Source of the DNA: Flaccisagitta enflata
Taxonomy: Eukaryota
Direction of reading: 5' to 3'
Length of the DNA stretch: 64,000 bases
NCBI GenBank assembly: GCA_965153355.1
Contig: OZ231126.1
Span: forward strand, 10,850,001 to 10,914,000
The notes beneath the pieces were generated by a model. That model ran no database searches, was not told the origin of the DNA, and was given only the letters and a program-made list of their open reading frames with translations. A program made the position numbers and the translations under genes. This document shows, piece by piece, positions 1 through 13,695 of this stretch. Within the stretch, counting starts at the first letter, position 1. Each line of letters opens with the position of its first letter.

Positions 1-3000
1 GGGGGACGCACGAACGGACAAACAAACGAACGAAAGTCCTCCTGTGTTCTACAGGACTTCGTCCCCTTCGGGGCCGCTGCCCAAAAAGGAGAGGCACAAG
101 GCCAAAAGGCAACAAGTCATCCAAGGATCGCACATGGTCAGCGGTACCCGATGCCCTGCTTGGAGTGATCAGCTGAAGATGTTGAGTGAGAGCAGGGCAG
201 CGGCCCCAAAGGACCGATGTCCTGTAGGACACAGGGGTGAATTTCCTTACGTCCTGAGATTCCTAGGAACGTGAATTTCAGGCCTTTTGGACAATTTTCC
301 ATGATATTCAATTGGAGTTTTACATTTTTTTACAATTTTTTATCTATAATCCATGTTATTCAATGAGAATTTCATCTTTTTTTTTATTATCAATTTTCCA
401 TGTTATTCAATAGGAATTTTGCATTTTATTTTATCTTTTATCCATTTTCTATGTTATTCGATAGGAAATTTATATTTTTCTATTTTTTTTGTAAATTTTC
501 CATGTTATTCAATGGGATGTTTGCATTTTGTCATTTTCCTATGTTATTCAATGGGAATTTGAGAATTGAGAAACTTGGGGGGGGACGTATGGACGGACGT
601 ATGTACGTACTGACGGACGGACGTAAGGAAATTCACCTCTGTGTCCTACAGAACATCGGCCCTTTGGGGCCGCTGCCCAAAAAAGGAGAGGCACCAGGCC
701 AAAGGGCAACAGGTCGCCCAAGGGCAATATGTGGTCAGCGATACCCGTTGCCCTGCTTTGAGTGATTGTGAATTGGAGTGAGGGGAAGCAGGGCAGCGGC
801 CCCGAAAGGGGACGAAGTCCTGTAGAACACAGGGGGACTTTCGTTTGTCCTGCCTGAAGAAGTGGATAAGATGCTATAGAGGGCTTACTGAAGGTCTCCA
901 AGAGCCTAAACTGAGGCCTAAGAAGGCTAATATAATGCCTCAGAATGCCAATGGGAAGCTTTAGAGGGCTGACTTGAGGCTTGAGAGAGCTGGATTAAGG
1001 CTTGAAAGGTCAGAGGACTGATTTGAAGTCTGAGAGCAATAAATTGAGGCTTAGATAGCTGATTTGAGGCCTGAGATTTGTGCCTCAAGGCTGGGATTTG
1101 AGTCTCGAGCCTGGGATTTGAGCCACCAGGCTGGGATATGGTCCTCAAGGTTAGAATTTGGATCTCTGGGGTGGAACAGGAGCCTCACAGCTAGAATTTG
1201 GGCCTCAGGGCTAGATTTTGGGCCTCTGGGCTAGAATTTGGGCCATAAGGCTAGAATTTGGGCCTAAAGGTTAGAATTTGGATCTCTGGAGTGGAATATG
1301 GGCCAAACAGCCAGAATTTGGGCCGCCAAGCTGGGGGGGGGTACGGACGGAGAAGGAGGAGAAATTTCTGCATATGTGAAAGCATAGGTCATCGGCCCCT
1401 TCGGGGCCGCTGCCCAAAAAGAAAACAAGGCATCCAAGGATCGCACATGGTCAGCGGTACCCGATGCCCTGCTTGGAGTGATTAGCTGAAGAAGTGGAGT
1501 GAGAGCAGGGCAGTGGCCCCAAAGGGCCGATGTCCTGTAGGACACAGGGGTGAATTTCCATACGTCCTGAGAGGGCATATTTGGGGTAATTTTCCGTGAT
1601 ATTCATTGGGAATTTTGGTCTGAGAGGCTGGATTTAGGGTCCAAGAGGCTGGATTTGAGGCCCATGAGGCTGGATTTGAGGCCTGAGAGGCTGGATTTGA
1701 GGCCTGAGAGGCTGGTTTTGAGGCTCGAGAGGCTAGATTTGAGGCCTGAAAGGCTGGATTTGAGGCCTGGGAGGCTGGATTTGAGGCCTGAGAGGCCAGA
1801 TTTGAGGCCTTAGACGCCAGATTTGAGGCCTGAGAGGCTGGATTTGAGGCCTGAAATGCTTGAGAGGCTTCGGAGGGGGGGGACGTACGGACGTACGGAC
1901 GGATGGACGACATACGGGCGGGCGTATGGGAATTCACCCCTGTGTCCTACAGGACACTCGGCCCTTGCCAGAGCGGCTGCCCAAAGGTGGCAAAGGTATA
2001 TGTGAACCAAAAAGCGGCCCATTGCCCTGCTATGCATGATTGTGGTGCGTGTGAGGGGAAGCAGGGCAGCGGCCCCGAAGGGGACGAAGTCCAGTAGAAC
2101 ACAGGGGGACTTTTGTTCGTCCTGCCTGAAAATGTTGATGTGATGCTATAGTGGGCTGATTGAAGGCCTTCAAGAGTCTGAAGGCTTTCCCAAGGGTTAA
2201 ATGGCCATTAGGTCTGATTTGAAGCCTGAGAGCGCTACTTTGAAGCATAAGAGGCCTAATTTGAGGCCTGAGAGGGCTAATCTGGGGCCTAAGAAGCCAA
2301 ATTTAAGGCCTCAGAGGCTGGATTTGGGCCTGAGAGGCCAGATTTGAGGCATGAGAGGCCGGATTTGGGGCCTGAGAGGGTAGACTTCAGGCCTGAGAGG
2401 GCAGATTTAAGGCCTGAGAGGGCAGATTTCAGGCCTGAGAGGGCAGATTTCAGGCCTGAGAGGGCAGGGGGAATAACGAACGGACGAACGGACAAACGGA
2501 CGAACGGACGGACGAACAAAAGTCCCCCTGTGTTCTACAGGACTTCGTCCCCTTCGGGGCCGCTGCCCAAAAAGAATAGTCGCAAAAGCGTTAGATGGTC
2601 GGCGGTTCCTGTGCCCTGCTTAGGTAGGTTGTGCTTGAAGTTGAGGGAGCAGGGCAGCGGCCCCAAAGGGGTTGATGACCTATACTTTCACACATATGGA
2701 GAATTTTCTCCTTCTGGCAATTGAAATTTGGGCCTGGAGGCTGGGATTTGGGCCTCGAGGCTGGAATTTAGGCCTCGAGGTTGGGATTTAGGCCATGAGG
2801 CTGGGATTTGGGCCTCAAAGCTGGGATTTGGACCATGAGGCTGGGATTTGGGCCATGAGGCTGGGGTTTGAGCCTGGAGGATGAGGTTTGGGCCTGGAGG
2901 CTGAGATTTGGGCTTGGAGGCTAGAGTTTGGGCCTAGAGGCTGGAATTTGGGCCTTGCGGCTGGGATTTGTGCCTCAAAGCTTGGATTTGGGCCTTGAGG

Positions 3001-3730
3001 CTGAGATTTGGGCCTCGAGGCTGGGATTTTGTCCTAAAGAGTTGGGATTTGAGCCTCCAGGCTGGGATTTCGGAGCCTCAGGCTGGGTTTGGCCTGAGTT
3101 AGGATTCGGAGCCCAGGGGCTGGAGTTTTGGGAGTCGGGGGATGGACAGAGAAGAAGAAGAGAGAAGGAGAAAATTCCCCATATGTGTGAAAGCATAGGT
3201 CATTGACCCCTTCGGAGCCACTGCCCAAAAGCAGAGGAAAAAGAAGAGAACAGGTCGCCCAAGGGCAATATGTGGTCAGCGATACCCGTTGCCCTGCTTT
3301 GAGGTGTGGAATTGGTGTGAGGAAGCAGGGCAGCGGCCCCGAAGGAGAAAGAGTCTGTAGAACACAGGGGACTTTAGTTCGTCCAGAGGCCAGATTGAAA
3401 GAAGTGGATGAGATGCTATAGAGGCCTTCAAGACCCTAAACTGAGGCCAAAGAAGGCTGATGTAAGGCCTGATGCCAATCTGAGGCTTGAGAGGGCTGAC
3501 TTGAGGCAGAGAGGCTGGATTAGGCAGAAGGTCAGGACTGATTTGAAGCCTGGGAGCAATAAATTGGGAAGCATTAGCAGATTTAAAGCCTGATTTGAGG
3601 CCTGAGAGGCCAGGTTTCATCTCACAAAAGTGACTTGCCTTTTGGCAGCGGCCCCGAAAGGGGCCGAAGTCTGTAGAACACAGGGGAATCTGTCCGTCCA
3701 GCCGTGCAGGCTGTGTCGTCCCCCAGGCCA
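1..3730. mobile_element. Tandem cluster of non-autonomous Helentron-like (HINE/DINE-type) elements with internal 20-21 bp minisatellites
   Basis: Repeated ~550-700 bp units. Each has a short hairpin end (ggtcagcggtacccgatgccctgc-like), subterminal inverted repeats GGGCAGCGGCCCC...GTCCTGTAGAACACAGGGG / CCCCTGTGTTCTACAGGAC...GGGGCCGCTGCCC, a (GGAC)n patch, an internal array such as GATTTGAGGCCTGAGAGGCTG, and an A-run end. No transposase ORF. Family assignment is by architecture only. Confidence 0.7.
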
Positions 3731-4053
3731 TCCTCAGGGCTTAAATCTCCTTTAGGGCCCAAATCCAAGCAAAATGGCCCAAATCCATGCAAAATGACAC
3801 AAATCCAGGCAAAATGGGCTAATTCCCAGCCAAATAGCCCAAATAGACAGGGGATAAAAAGATAATTTTGTTTTATTTCTTATATGTATTGGTAACATGA
3901 CAGAAACTTGTCTTTGATCTAACAGAATAATTGTTGGTCCCTCGGTATCCGTTATTGCGGGGTTCATCTGCATGTAAATTGAAGGTACAAAAACTTGAAT
4001 TCCAACATCCTCTTTGTAAAGGGCGCCATCAATAGAAGCCTGATCTTATTTAG

Positions 4054-4373
4054 GTTCGCGCGGGTCAATGGGCGCGTCGATTGATCATCAACGATTGCCT
4101 GGACAGTGGAACTCAACTGCCTTTCATTCGTGCGGCTCAATCCCGCGGTTGGGCCATCCTTGTTCTCAACACTAATCAAAATGAGGCCCTCGTCCCTACT
4201 TTGAATACAAGCGGAAATCAGGATGAAGAAGAAAGGGATAAAGGAGATCGCGGTAAAAAGCGACTTTCCCCTATTCGCGGCAGTCGGAACCCGAGGGAAC
4301 ACGGTTGCTACGTATTTGAGAATGTCGTCATGGAAAGGGAAAACTTGGAGAACATCTTCGTCGTTGCGCATAG
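4054..4373 (+). CDS. FAM172A: FAM172A/ARB2A-like alpha/beta-hydrolase-fold protein, internal exon
   Basis: AG acceptor at 4052-4053 and GT donor at 4374. Translates VRAGQWARRLIINDCLDSGTQLPFIRAAQSRGWAILVLNTN...PREHGCYVF...IFVVAH(S), which I recognise as the conserved FAM172 segment. Confidence 0.9.
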
Positions 4374-4927
4374 GTTTGGTGGTATGAGTGCAGATTGCCT
4401 CGCGTTTTAGGGATTTGTTACCTTACTAAACCAGATTCTGTTCTTTCTATTCGTGAGTCATGATGATGAAAAATTGGAAGTAGGGCAAGCCGGAAGTAGG
4501 GTTAGCGGATTACCTCGAAGCAGCCCTGTACATATATAGTTTGATTGTTCTACATTCCCGCCGCCGGTGTGGGGGGGGGGGAATTAATCAAATCGTTTTG
4601 AGATGGGGAAGGAAATCTAAGGGGGAAAAAAGAAAAAAAAGAAAATTTATGGAAAATAAAACTTTGGGCAGTACCAAATCATAAAAACTGATTAGAGGTA
4701 AACACAATTTACATAATTATTTGAACCGTTAAAAACTATATAGGGAAAAAGCTATATAGGGGAGAAGAAAATCATAGATTTTGTAACGCGACGCGTCGCG
4801 TCAAGGGGAAGAAAATCAGAGGCGGGGGGGGGGGGAATTAATCAAAGGACATAGAACTAAACACACCCCTGCTTTGAGGTGCTGAATTGCCGTTTGGATC
4901 TGATTTTCATTTCCCTCTCACTCTCAG

Positions 4928-5105
4928 TTTCGGTGGCGTGGTGACGTTGGACATTGCAGCTGAGTTTTCGTCGTTTTGGCGTACGAAGGTCAAAGCTGTC
5001 GCCTTTACCGATTCCGTTCACGGAGATCAGACTGTTCGCCGCAATCAGAAACTTTCCTCTTGGTTCGCGGAAAATACCATCAATTGGGTCACTTCCGACA
5101 AACCG
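4928..5105 (+). CDS. FAM172A: FAM172A/ARB2A-like protein, next exon
   Basis: ctctcag acceptor. The phase-2 join AG|T restores AHSFGG, then KVKAVAFTDSVH...NWVTSDKP, ending at a gtaagg donor at 5106. Confidence 0.9.
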
Positions 5106-5129
5106 GTAAGGTTCATACGAGCGGAGGCT

Positions 5130-8100
5130 CGTTTGAGGCGCTCAGGAGGCCAGATTTGAGGCCTGAGAGGCCAGATTTGAGAGCCTGAGGGCCTGATGAG
5201 GGACGAGGCAGATAGACGGACAAACAGTCCCCTGTGTTCTACAAGACTTCGTCCCCTTTGAGGCCGCTGCCCAAAAAGAGAGATAGTCGCAAGCGTAAGG
5301 TGGTCAGCGGTACCGTGCCCTGCTTAAGTAGGTTGGAGGTTTAAGTTGAGGGAGCAGGGCGCGGCCGGATCGATGACCCTATCTTTCCCACATATGAAAT
5401 TTTCTCCTCCTTCTTCTCCTTCTTCTCCCGCACCCCCCTCCCCCAGCCTCAGGCCTATATCTCAGCCTGGAGGCCCATATCCCAGCCTGGAGGCCCAAAT
5501 CCCAGTCTTGAGGCTCAAATCCCATCCTCAAGGCCCAAATCTCAACCCCAAGGCCCAGATTCCAGTCATGAGGCCCAAATCCGAGAGTGGAATCTGGGCC
5601 TTGGGGTTGAGATTTGGGCAGCGAGGCAAGATTGAGCCTCAAGGCTGAACACAGCCTCAGGCAGATATAAAACACCCAGGCTGAGATATAGGCAGAGGCT
5701 GGAAAGAAGGAAGAAGGAAGGAAAAATTCCCATGTGTGAAAGCATGGAGTCATCTGACATGGGCCGCTACCCAAAAAAAGGAAAAGAGATAAAAGTAGTT
5801 TTAACAAGTCATCCAGGATCGCACATGGTCAGCGGTGCCAGTGCCCTGCTTGGAGTGATCAAGTGAAGAGAAGAAAGGTGAGAGCAGGGCAGCGCTGAGC
5901 CGATGTCTGCTAGATCAAGGTGAGCCATTACGTACGTCTGTCTGTCTGTCAAAGAGCTGATTTTGGGCCTAAGAGGCCTGATTTTAAGCCTAATGTAGCT
6001 GATTTGGAGGCCAAAGAGGGCTGAGTTTTTTCCTGAAATTTGGGCCTGGGAGGGGTGGTTTTGGGCCTGAGATTGGTGGTTTTGAGCCTGAGAGGGGTGG
6101 TTTTGGGCCTGAGAGAGGTGATTTTGGACCTAAAGAAGCCATATTGGGGCATTAGAAGACGTACGTAATGGCTCACCCCTGTGTCCTACAGGACATCGGC
6201 CCTTTGGGGCTGCTACCCAAAAAGGAAATAAAAGAAGAACAGGTCGCCCAAGGGCAATACGTGGTCAGCGATACCCGTTGCCCTGCTTTGCATGGTTGTG
6301 AATCAGAATGAGAGGCAGGGAAGCGGCCCCAAAGGGGACAAAGTCCTGTAGAACACGGGGGACTCTCAGGCCCTCTCAGGCCTGAAATCTGCCCTCTCAG
6401 GCCTAAAATTTGCCCTCTCAGGCCTGAAATCTGCCCTCTCAGGCCTTGAATCTTGGAGGGCATATTTCAGGCCTGAGAGGGCAGATTCGAGGCCTGATAG
6501 GACAAATTTCAGGTCTAAGAAGGCAGATTCAAGGCCTGAGAGGGCAGATTTCAGGCCTGAGAGGACAGATTTTAGGCCTGAGAGGGCAGATTTCAGGCCT
6601 GAGAGGGCCTGGGGGGGACAAACGAACGGACAAACAAATGACGAAAGTACCCTGTGTTCTACAGGACTACGTCCCCTTAGAACCCGCTGCCCAAAAGGAA
6701 AAAAGAAGAAGAACAGGTCATGAGCAATATGTGGTCAAAAGCGTACCCGTGCCCTGCTTTGCATGATTGTGAATTTGTGTGAGGAAGCAGGGGCAGCTGG
6801 CCCCGAGACAAAGTCCTATAGAACACAGGGAGACTTTAGTTCGTCCTGCCTGACAACATTGATGAGATGCTATAGTGCACTGATTGAAGGCCTTCAAGAG
6901 TCTGAAGGCTTTTCCAAGGCTTAAATGGCAATCAGGTCTGTTTTGAAGCCTGTCAGCGCTACTTTGAGGCCTGTGAGCCCTAATTTGAGGCCTGAGAGGG
7001 CTAATTTGTGGCCTGAGAGGGCTAGTTTGAGGCCTGAGAGGGTTAATTTGAGGCCTGAGAGGCCAGGTTTAAGGCCTTACAGGCCGTATTTGAGACCTGA
7101 GAGACCAGATTTGAGGCCTGAGAGGCTGGATTTGAGCCTGAGGGCCAGATTTGAGGCCTGAGGAGGCCGGATTTGAAACCTGAGAGGCCGGATTTGAGCC
7201 TGAGGAGGCCAGGTCCCCCAGAACCTGAGAGGCTGCAGATATGAGGTCTGAGGGGCCTGATGGGGGGGACAAGCGGACAAAAGCGGACGAACGGACGGAC
7301 GGATGAATGAACAAAAGTCCCCTGTGTTCTACAGGATGCGTCCCTTCAGGAGCCGCTGCCCAAAAAAAAAGAAAAAAAAAAAGAAAGAAAAAGAAAGAAT
7401 AGTCACCAAAAAAAGCGTTAGATGGTCAGCGGCAGAGGCATATTAGAAGGGGGTCATGGGGTAGTACTATTTCACCCCTGTTGGGCTTAGCAAAATATAA
7501 AGAAAGAGAGAAAGAGAAAAAAAGAAAGAGAGAGAGAAAGAGAGAAAAAGAAAGAAAGGGCAATGTTTTTTTCATTGTTTTAATTCTAATATATATCAAT
7601 TAATATTTTTTTAAAAGATACATAAGAATTAGGCAAATAGTTTTCATCAGGTCATAAATTTGTTGGGACACAAACTGGGGGTGGCTACCCCTAAAACTTT
7701 GGCTCCCATACGCCCCTGGTCAGCGGTACCCGTTGCCCCTATGTGAGTGTATGTTGGTGTGAGGTGGTTAGAGGGGCAGCGGCCCCAAAGGGGCCAACCC
7801 ATGCTGTTTTCATTTGAGCTTCAAGGCTGGAATTAGGGCTGGGATTTGAGCCTCGAGACTGGGATTTGAGCTTTGAGGCTTGGGTTTGAGCCTTGAGGCT
7901 GGGATTTCAGCCTCAAGGCTGAGATTTGAGCCTCGAGGCTGGGATTTGAGCTTTAAGGCTGAGATTTGAGCTTTGAGGCTCGGATTTGAGCTTTGAGGCT
8001 CGGATTTGAGCTTTGGGGCTGGGATTTAAGCCTCAAGGCTAGGATTTGGGCCTTGAGACTAGGATTAGGGCCGAGACTAGGATTTGGGTCTCAATGGGGG

Positions 8101-8716
8101 GGGAGACGGACGGAGGAGGAGAAGAACTAGTCATCCAAGGATCACACATGGTCAGCGGTACCCGATGCTCTGCTGAGTGATCCAGTGAAGAAGTGGAGTG
8201 AGAGCAGGGCAGCGGCCCCAAAGGGCCGATGTCCTGTAGAACACAGGGGGTAATTTCAAGACGTCCATCCGTCCTGAGGGGGCTCTAGATGGCTGATTTA
8301 TGCCACTGAAGGCGTATCTGAGAGTTGGAGAGGATAATTAAGGCTTGGAGAGCAGATTTGAGGTTTGGCGGGCTGGTTTTAACTTTGGAGGGCTAATTGA
8401 AGGTCTGGGGGGCAGATTTGAGGTCTGGGAGGCAGATTTAGGGCATGGGAGGGGGCTGATTTGAAGCCAAGAGGGCTTATTTTAGGCCTGGAGGGCTAAA
8501 TTGAGTCCTGGGAGGGCTGATTTGAGGCCTTGATGGTCAACGGGGGGGGGGGGGGGGGAGGGAAGGACGGAAGGACGGATGGACGGACGGACGTCTCGAA
8601 ATTCCCCCCTGTGTTCTACAGGACATCGGGCCTTTGGGGCCGCTGCCCAAAAAGGAGAAATTTCTCCTGTGTGAAAGCATAGGTCATCGGCCCCTTCGGG
8701 GCCGCTGCCCAAAAAG
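5130..8716. mobile_element. Second tandem cluster of the same Helentron-like elements (downstream of the second FAM172A exon)
   Basis: Same GGGCAGCGGCCCC subterminal inverted repeats, hairpin ends and 20/21-bp internal arrays. Several head-to-tail and rearranged copies. Confidence 0.7.
7433..7718. mobile_element. hAT-type MITE nested in a Helentron-like element
   Basis: Exact 8-bp target duplication GTCAGCGG (7425-7432 and 7719-7726). Imperfect TIRs CAGAGGCATA / TACGCCCCTG. Confidence 0.8.
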
Positions 8717-10654
8717 GAAAAAAAGAAGAAAAAGAAGAAGAAAAAAAGATATAGACCAAAGCACGTGCGACTGAGGGAATTGTGTGCAAAAACGGGCCCT
8801 TAGCTGACAATTCAAAACATTCTATTACCATTAGGCTTTTTTCTTTTTGCAAGCCATTCCCTTGGTGACTGCTGAACAGGGCAGAGTAGGAGCATCTTTC
8901 TCGTTGGATAGCAAATTGGGCTGGGGGGGGGGAGATGGGGGGGGGCCCGGATTTTTGATTGTATAGGGGCCCAGAATTCCTCTACTGGCCCCTGATCTTT
9001 CGGAATAGTTTTCGAATCTTTCGAATATTCCTAACAATCTATTCTACAGAAGTATGGTTATGACCACTTACAGGTGAAAGTTGAGTTTTGTCCTAGGTAG
9101 TAGAATCAGCTGAGTTGAAGATTTATTTGGACGTTTCTTACGCAAAAACGATTACATATAATCACGAATGATTTAACGAGACAGTCAATCGTCAATCAAA
9201 ACGTTTCATAGATTTTATGATTGAACCTACAATTTTGACAGACAATAATCATTGACACTGGAGGCACCTGGCTAAAACACTCAGGGCTAAGAGTAACGTG
9301 GAAAAGAATTTACTTTTTCACACATGCATTTTCTAAAAAAAATGAACATTCTTGTCTCGTCTATGTGAAAAAAAGCAAATGGATCTATTGAGATGATTAC
9401 AGATACAGTATATATTTTTTTTATAAGCCAACACGATTCTCGCCCTCTTCTGGTACACCGCCATGAATACTGGTGACGCTTGTAGTCACTATTTATGTTA
9501 CATACTTTGTGCTGCATGTTGCAGGCTTTTATGTTGCTCTATACAATATATCTGGGACTGCATCTCATGTTATTTTCTATGTCATAAAGCTGCTACCGAT
9601 TTTTTAAAACTAAGAGTAAACACAGACAATTTTGTGATAAAACAGTTCTAGAGATCTGTACTAGGTCGAGTCTTTTTTTTTTTCTATGACAATGTTCGTA
9701 ACGTTTTTGAAGGTGCAACCTCACATCTCTATAAGAGATGCCGTTATTCCATGAATCAGTGTGCCTTTCCACATATGTCTATTACTCTTTTACTAACAAC
9801 ATGATTATGAGACTTCTTTACTTTTACTTACTAAGTCAGATGCGTGTTTGCGTACCCAAGATGACTAAGTCCCTCTGTACATCGATCTGTCAGACATTTT
9901 TAAAGCAATATTCACTCCATCCGAAGATGTTGTAAGGACGCATCGTTGCCCGATTGGGCGTGTTGTTGTCAGATAATCATATGAAATTATTGGTCGCAAG
10001 TTGTAGCAAAAAGGAAACCCAGCGCAAATCATTTTGGATACATAAATAATTTTTGTTTGTGTGTTTGTGTTTCTTAAGATGACAAGAATGTGCTTGACAA
10101 GAGCGACAATAAGAGAGTTTTATAACTATTTTTTATTGTCTCGCTTAAGCGACGGCCGTTGTCTGCTCGGTTACTTGAGTGCTTGCCTCGGGAGCCACCT
10201 TTATCAAAATAAATGATTATAAATGAATAAATACAATATGAAGCGATTGATGAACGAAATGAAAAAAAAAAATGAATCAATCATTCAATTCAATGGATAA
10301 ATGTATTTTGTAGCATCCAAAATCTCTGACACACACTGCACCCTGTTGACATTTGTTAAGCTCTTTTCTCTTTATTGTGGAGAGACAGAAATGTTTTGAA
10401 GGTTCGAGTTGTGTCCTATGAAATCATATTTGCATAATATGTAACTTGTACATACGTGAAAAAAAAACAGTTTTACCTTATTTCCACCCTTCTTTGGCTC
10501 GTCGTCATCATCATCATCATCGGCCATACATTGGCATGGCAGCATTTCCAGAAACGCCTCCCTATATTGTGAGAAAAGGGGCCAGTTACGCAAGGCATAA
10601 TTCTTATCAGAATATTCTACTCTACCATACATTTAGATCTGGTAAAAATTTTTT

Positions 10655-11218
10655 TTTTAGTCGCGTGCTACGCGACTCTACACCCCGCTTTGTCCGTCCG
10701 TCGGTCGGTCGGTTGGTCGGTCGGTCGGTCGGTCACACTTTACTTGTTTTTATTCGTTTTATTCCCACTAACTCATTTTAAGTCAATTAGGTCATTTAAA
10801 GTCAAATTAGATCATTTTTAGTCATTTTAGGTCATTCAAAGTCAGCTTAAGTCAATTTAAGTCATTTGAGTTATTTTTATAGTTTTCATCATCTTAGTGA
10901 TTTTAGGTCAATTTAAGTCAATTTAGGTCAGTTTAGTTCAATTTTAGTCATTCTAGGTCAATTTAAGTCATTTAAAGTCATTTTAAGTCATTTTAAGTCA
11001 ATTTAAATCAATTAAACTCAATTTAGTCACTAAGTTATTTTAGTCATTTTAGGTCAATTTAAGTCAATTTAGGTCATTCTAAGTCATTTTAGGTCATTTT
11101 GAATCACTTTAAGTCATCTTATATCAATTGAATTCAATGACAATCATTTTAGTTATGTGGTTATGTAATAAAGTAATTATTCATGTCTCGCACGCGACTT
11201 ATAGGTGTTGGCCTTGTT
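10655..11218 (+). mobile_element. HINE-like element (ttttagtcgcgtg family) with internal ~10-bp TAAGTCATTT satellite
   Basis: 5' TTTTAGTCGCGTG..CGCGACT, (GGTC)n, an AT-rich 10-bp array, and a 3' end GTCTCGCACGCGACTTATAGGTGTTGGCCTTGTT shared with the copies at ~26047-26264 and ~45168-46364. Confidence 0.7.
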
Positions 11219-11280
11219 GTTTTGTAAGAGGGTAAAAAAATTGTTTTGTTTAGTAAGAGGTTTTATAAGTTGTTTTGTTT

Positions 11281-11283
<3 letters not shown>

Positions 11284-11373
<90 letters not shown>
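11284..11373. repeat. (TG)n microsatellite
   Basis: Directly visible. Confidence 0.95.
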
Positions 11374-11377
<4 letters not shown>

Positions 11378-12669
11378 AGTTAAATAGTTATTACTATGAT
11401 ACTCTTGTTCACTTTGAGATCTTAGCATCAGGGAAATCAAGCTGTAAGTAGATTCTGAGTGAGAAACTAGTCGTTACAGAAATGATACCGGTCACAGAGC
11501 CACTTTTTTTTCTTTCTCAGCATTTATTATTCAACAAGATGCGAGAAAATCTTTTGTCGGCTGATTGCGCATAATTACCGGGTTTAATGAAACTCAAGAA
11601 AGTCGCGAGATGAATGGTAAATAAGAATTGACTTTCGCAGCCAGGGACCAAAAAAAAAGTTGATCCGCTACGTTCTAGATCACGCGTTGAAAGTGTCGAA
11701 AAAGGGGCATCGGGGAGCGTGTTTTAATATCCCCGCGGTCGGACGCTCAGGCTAGAATCAATTTTATAGTCGCGTGGTACACTACACCCTGCTATGTTCA
11801 CCCACTCGTCCGTTGGTCGGTCCTTTTTTATTTTTTTCGGCGCTTATGAGCTTTTTGTAATCACCACTTCCGCCAAAATGCCCCTGCCCAACCGTGTTTC
11901 GCCTTCTAGAGATAGAATAAACAAGGTCGGATACACGGCAATCCAGTTGCGGACGGTTGGGCAGGAGCAATATTGTGAAAACCGCTCGGAATTTAGAAAT
12001 GTTACTTACCGACCAACACGGCAAGTTCTAGAGTCGCGTGTCCGCGACTAAAAACATTGTTTTTTTATGATTATATCATTTGAACCTAAATCATTTGCGT
12101 CTGACATTGGGACCTGATGCCCCGCTTATTTGCTGTTGCGGATTGTAAAAACCTTACCATGAACTAACAAGATGATGAAGACGACAATGAAGATAACGAT
12201 AAAAACGACAACGAGGACGACGTTGATGAAAACAACGCTGACGAAGACGACGCTGATAAAGAAGACGATGATGAATGGTGTTAGGAAACATTGACAAAGA
12301 CATTGGAAGACGCCAATGATGACGTAGATGACGGAGGACATCAATGTCTAAACCGGCGTGCACCAAATCACCAATGGTAAACATGGAAGTAAGTTCGGAA
12401 CCCATAGTCCGGTAAAATTTCTCTTTCAATATAGTCAAATATGCTCCTTACCATCCATGAGCGACTTTCGAGTTTAGAAATAAGTTGGAAACAATCTGAC
12501 AAAGTTACGTTACTGTTACAGACATGAGAAAATTGCTACTTGATCTAACAGAACGAAGTTCCGCGCATTCGACCAAATGCGCAAAGGTGCTTCCTTTTCC
12601 ATCTAGTTGGAGATTTCGCTTCTTCCGAGGATTGGCAACTAGCAACTGTCTCCGTGTCACCGTGTCTAA

Positions 12670-12672
<3 letters not shown>

Positions 12673-12763
<91 letters not shown>

Positions 12764-12780
12764 AAGAGAGAGACAGAGAG
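12673..12780. repeat. (AG)n microsatellite
   Basis: Directly visible. Confidence 0.95.
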
Positions 12781-13695
12781 ACACGCACACTTACACATAA
12801 AACCATACACATTAATTTACGCTATTCAAAAAAGCGTTAGAATACTTGCACACGCGCACGCACCCGGACGAATTATCACACATACTCAAAAGTAACACAC
12901 ACATATTTGTCATCAGGATCCACGTAAATGATCGCGGCGTGCGAGGACAACAGCGAAGTTATGTCATGTGGATTTTCAAACTATATGAGAACGGCGAGTA
13001 AAAAAGTTACTTAAACCGACAGACATACAGACAAGAACACACTGACCCATCCGCACAGCAAATACACACAGGTACAGCGTACAATGAAGACAACGATGAT
13101 AACGACAACGTACAGGAAGTTATGTAGCGGCTCTCTTCGTCACATGCGCTACATTGGGCAACTCTCTCGTCTACGTCGTTCACAGCGTCAAAGACACATT
13201 GGATATGACATGGATCTAACTCCGAGTTTCGATTGTTAGTTGAAGATTCGCAACACAAAAAGCTTTGTCAATCCGTTATTGTTGGTCCGTCACACTCGAG
13301 TCAAAAAGTAAAAACGTTCATTTATGAAACTCTTGTTGTGATCATCTGTGTGAAGATGAGGGGGGGGGGAGAGGATCGGGGTTGGACGCCCCTATCCACG
13401 TGTCCGCAATGTTATTGTGAGCCCGGGTCACTTGCTAAAGACATGCAACTTTTGTTTTAGCCAAATGTTACATTCGCGCAATGGGTGACTGGTGAAATTT
13501 AAGTAGGGTAAGGGGTAGCGTCAAAGTTAGGTGTTTGGTTGAAGATATGGTTGCGGTTATAGATTTCAGCCAAAGATAAAAAGGATTTTTGATGAAATAA
13601 CAATTTGATGCACACTGCATTTTTATTGCTATGGTTTCAGAAAAGCTGAAAGAAGGATGGGGCAAATTTGAGAGTTATTTTGGAGGGTTTAGGTA

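Noticed and set aside
1-8716. Regularly recurring palindromic GGGCAGCGGCCCC motifs suggesting a CRISPR-like array, and many ORFs with LRPERAD/ASQASNP repeats
   Set aside because: Eukaryotic context with no cas genes. The spacers are themselves minisatellites. The ORFs are translations of 21-bp tandem repeats.
10079-10125. Possible terminal FAM172A exon (DKNVLDKSDNKRVL*)
   Set aside because: No recognisable FAM172 similarity, and the expected intervening conserved exon was not found.
12165-12345. Acidic D/E-rich reading frame on the + strand
   Set aside because: Short, low-complexity GAY/GAA repeat closed by stops, with no convincing splice context.
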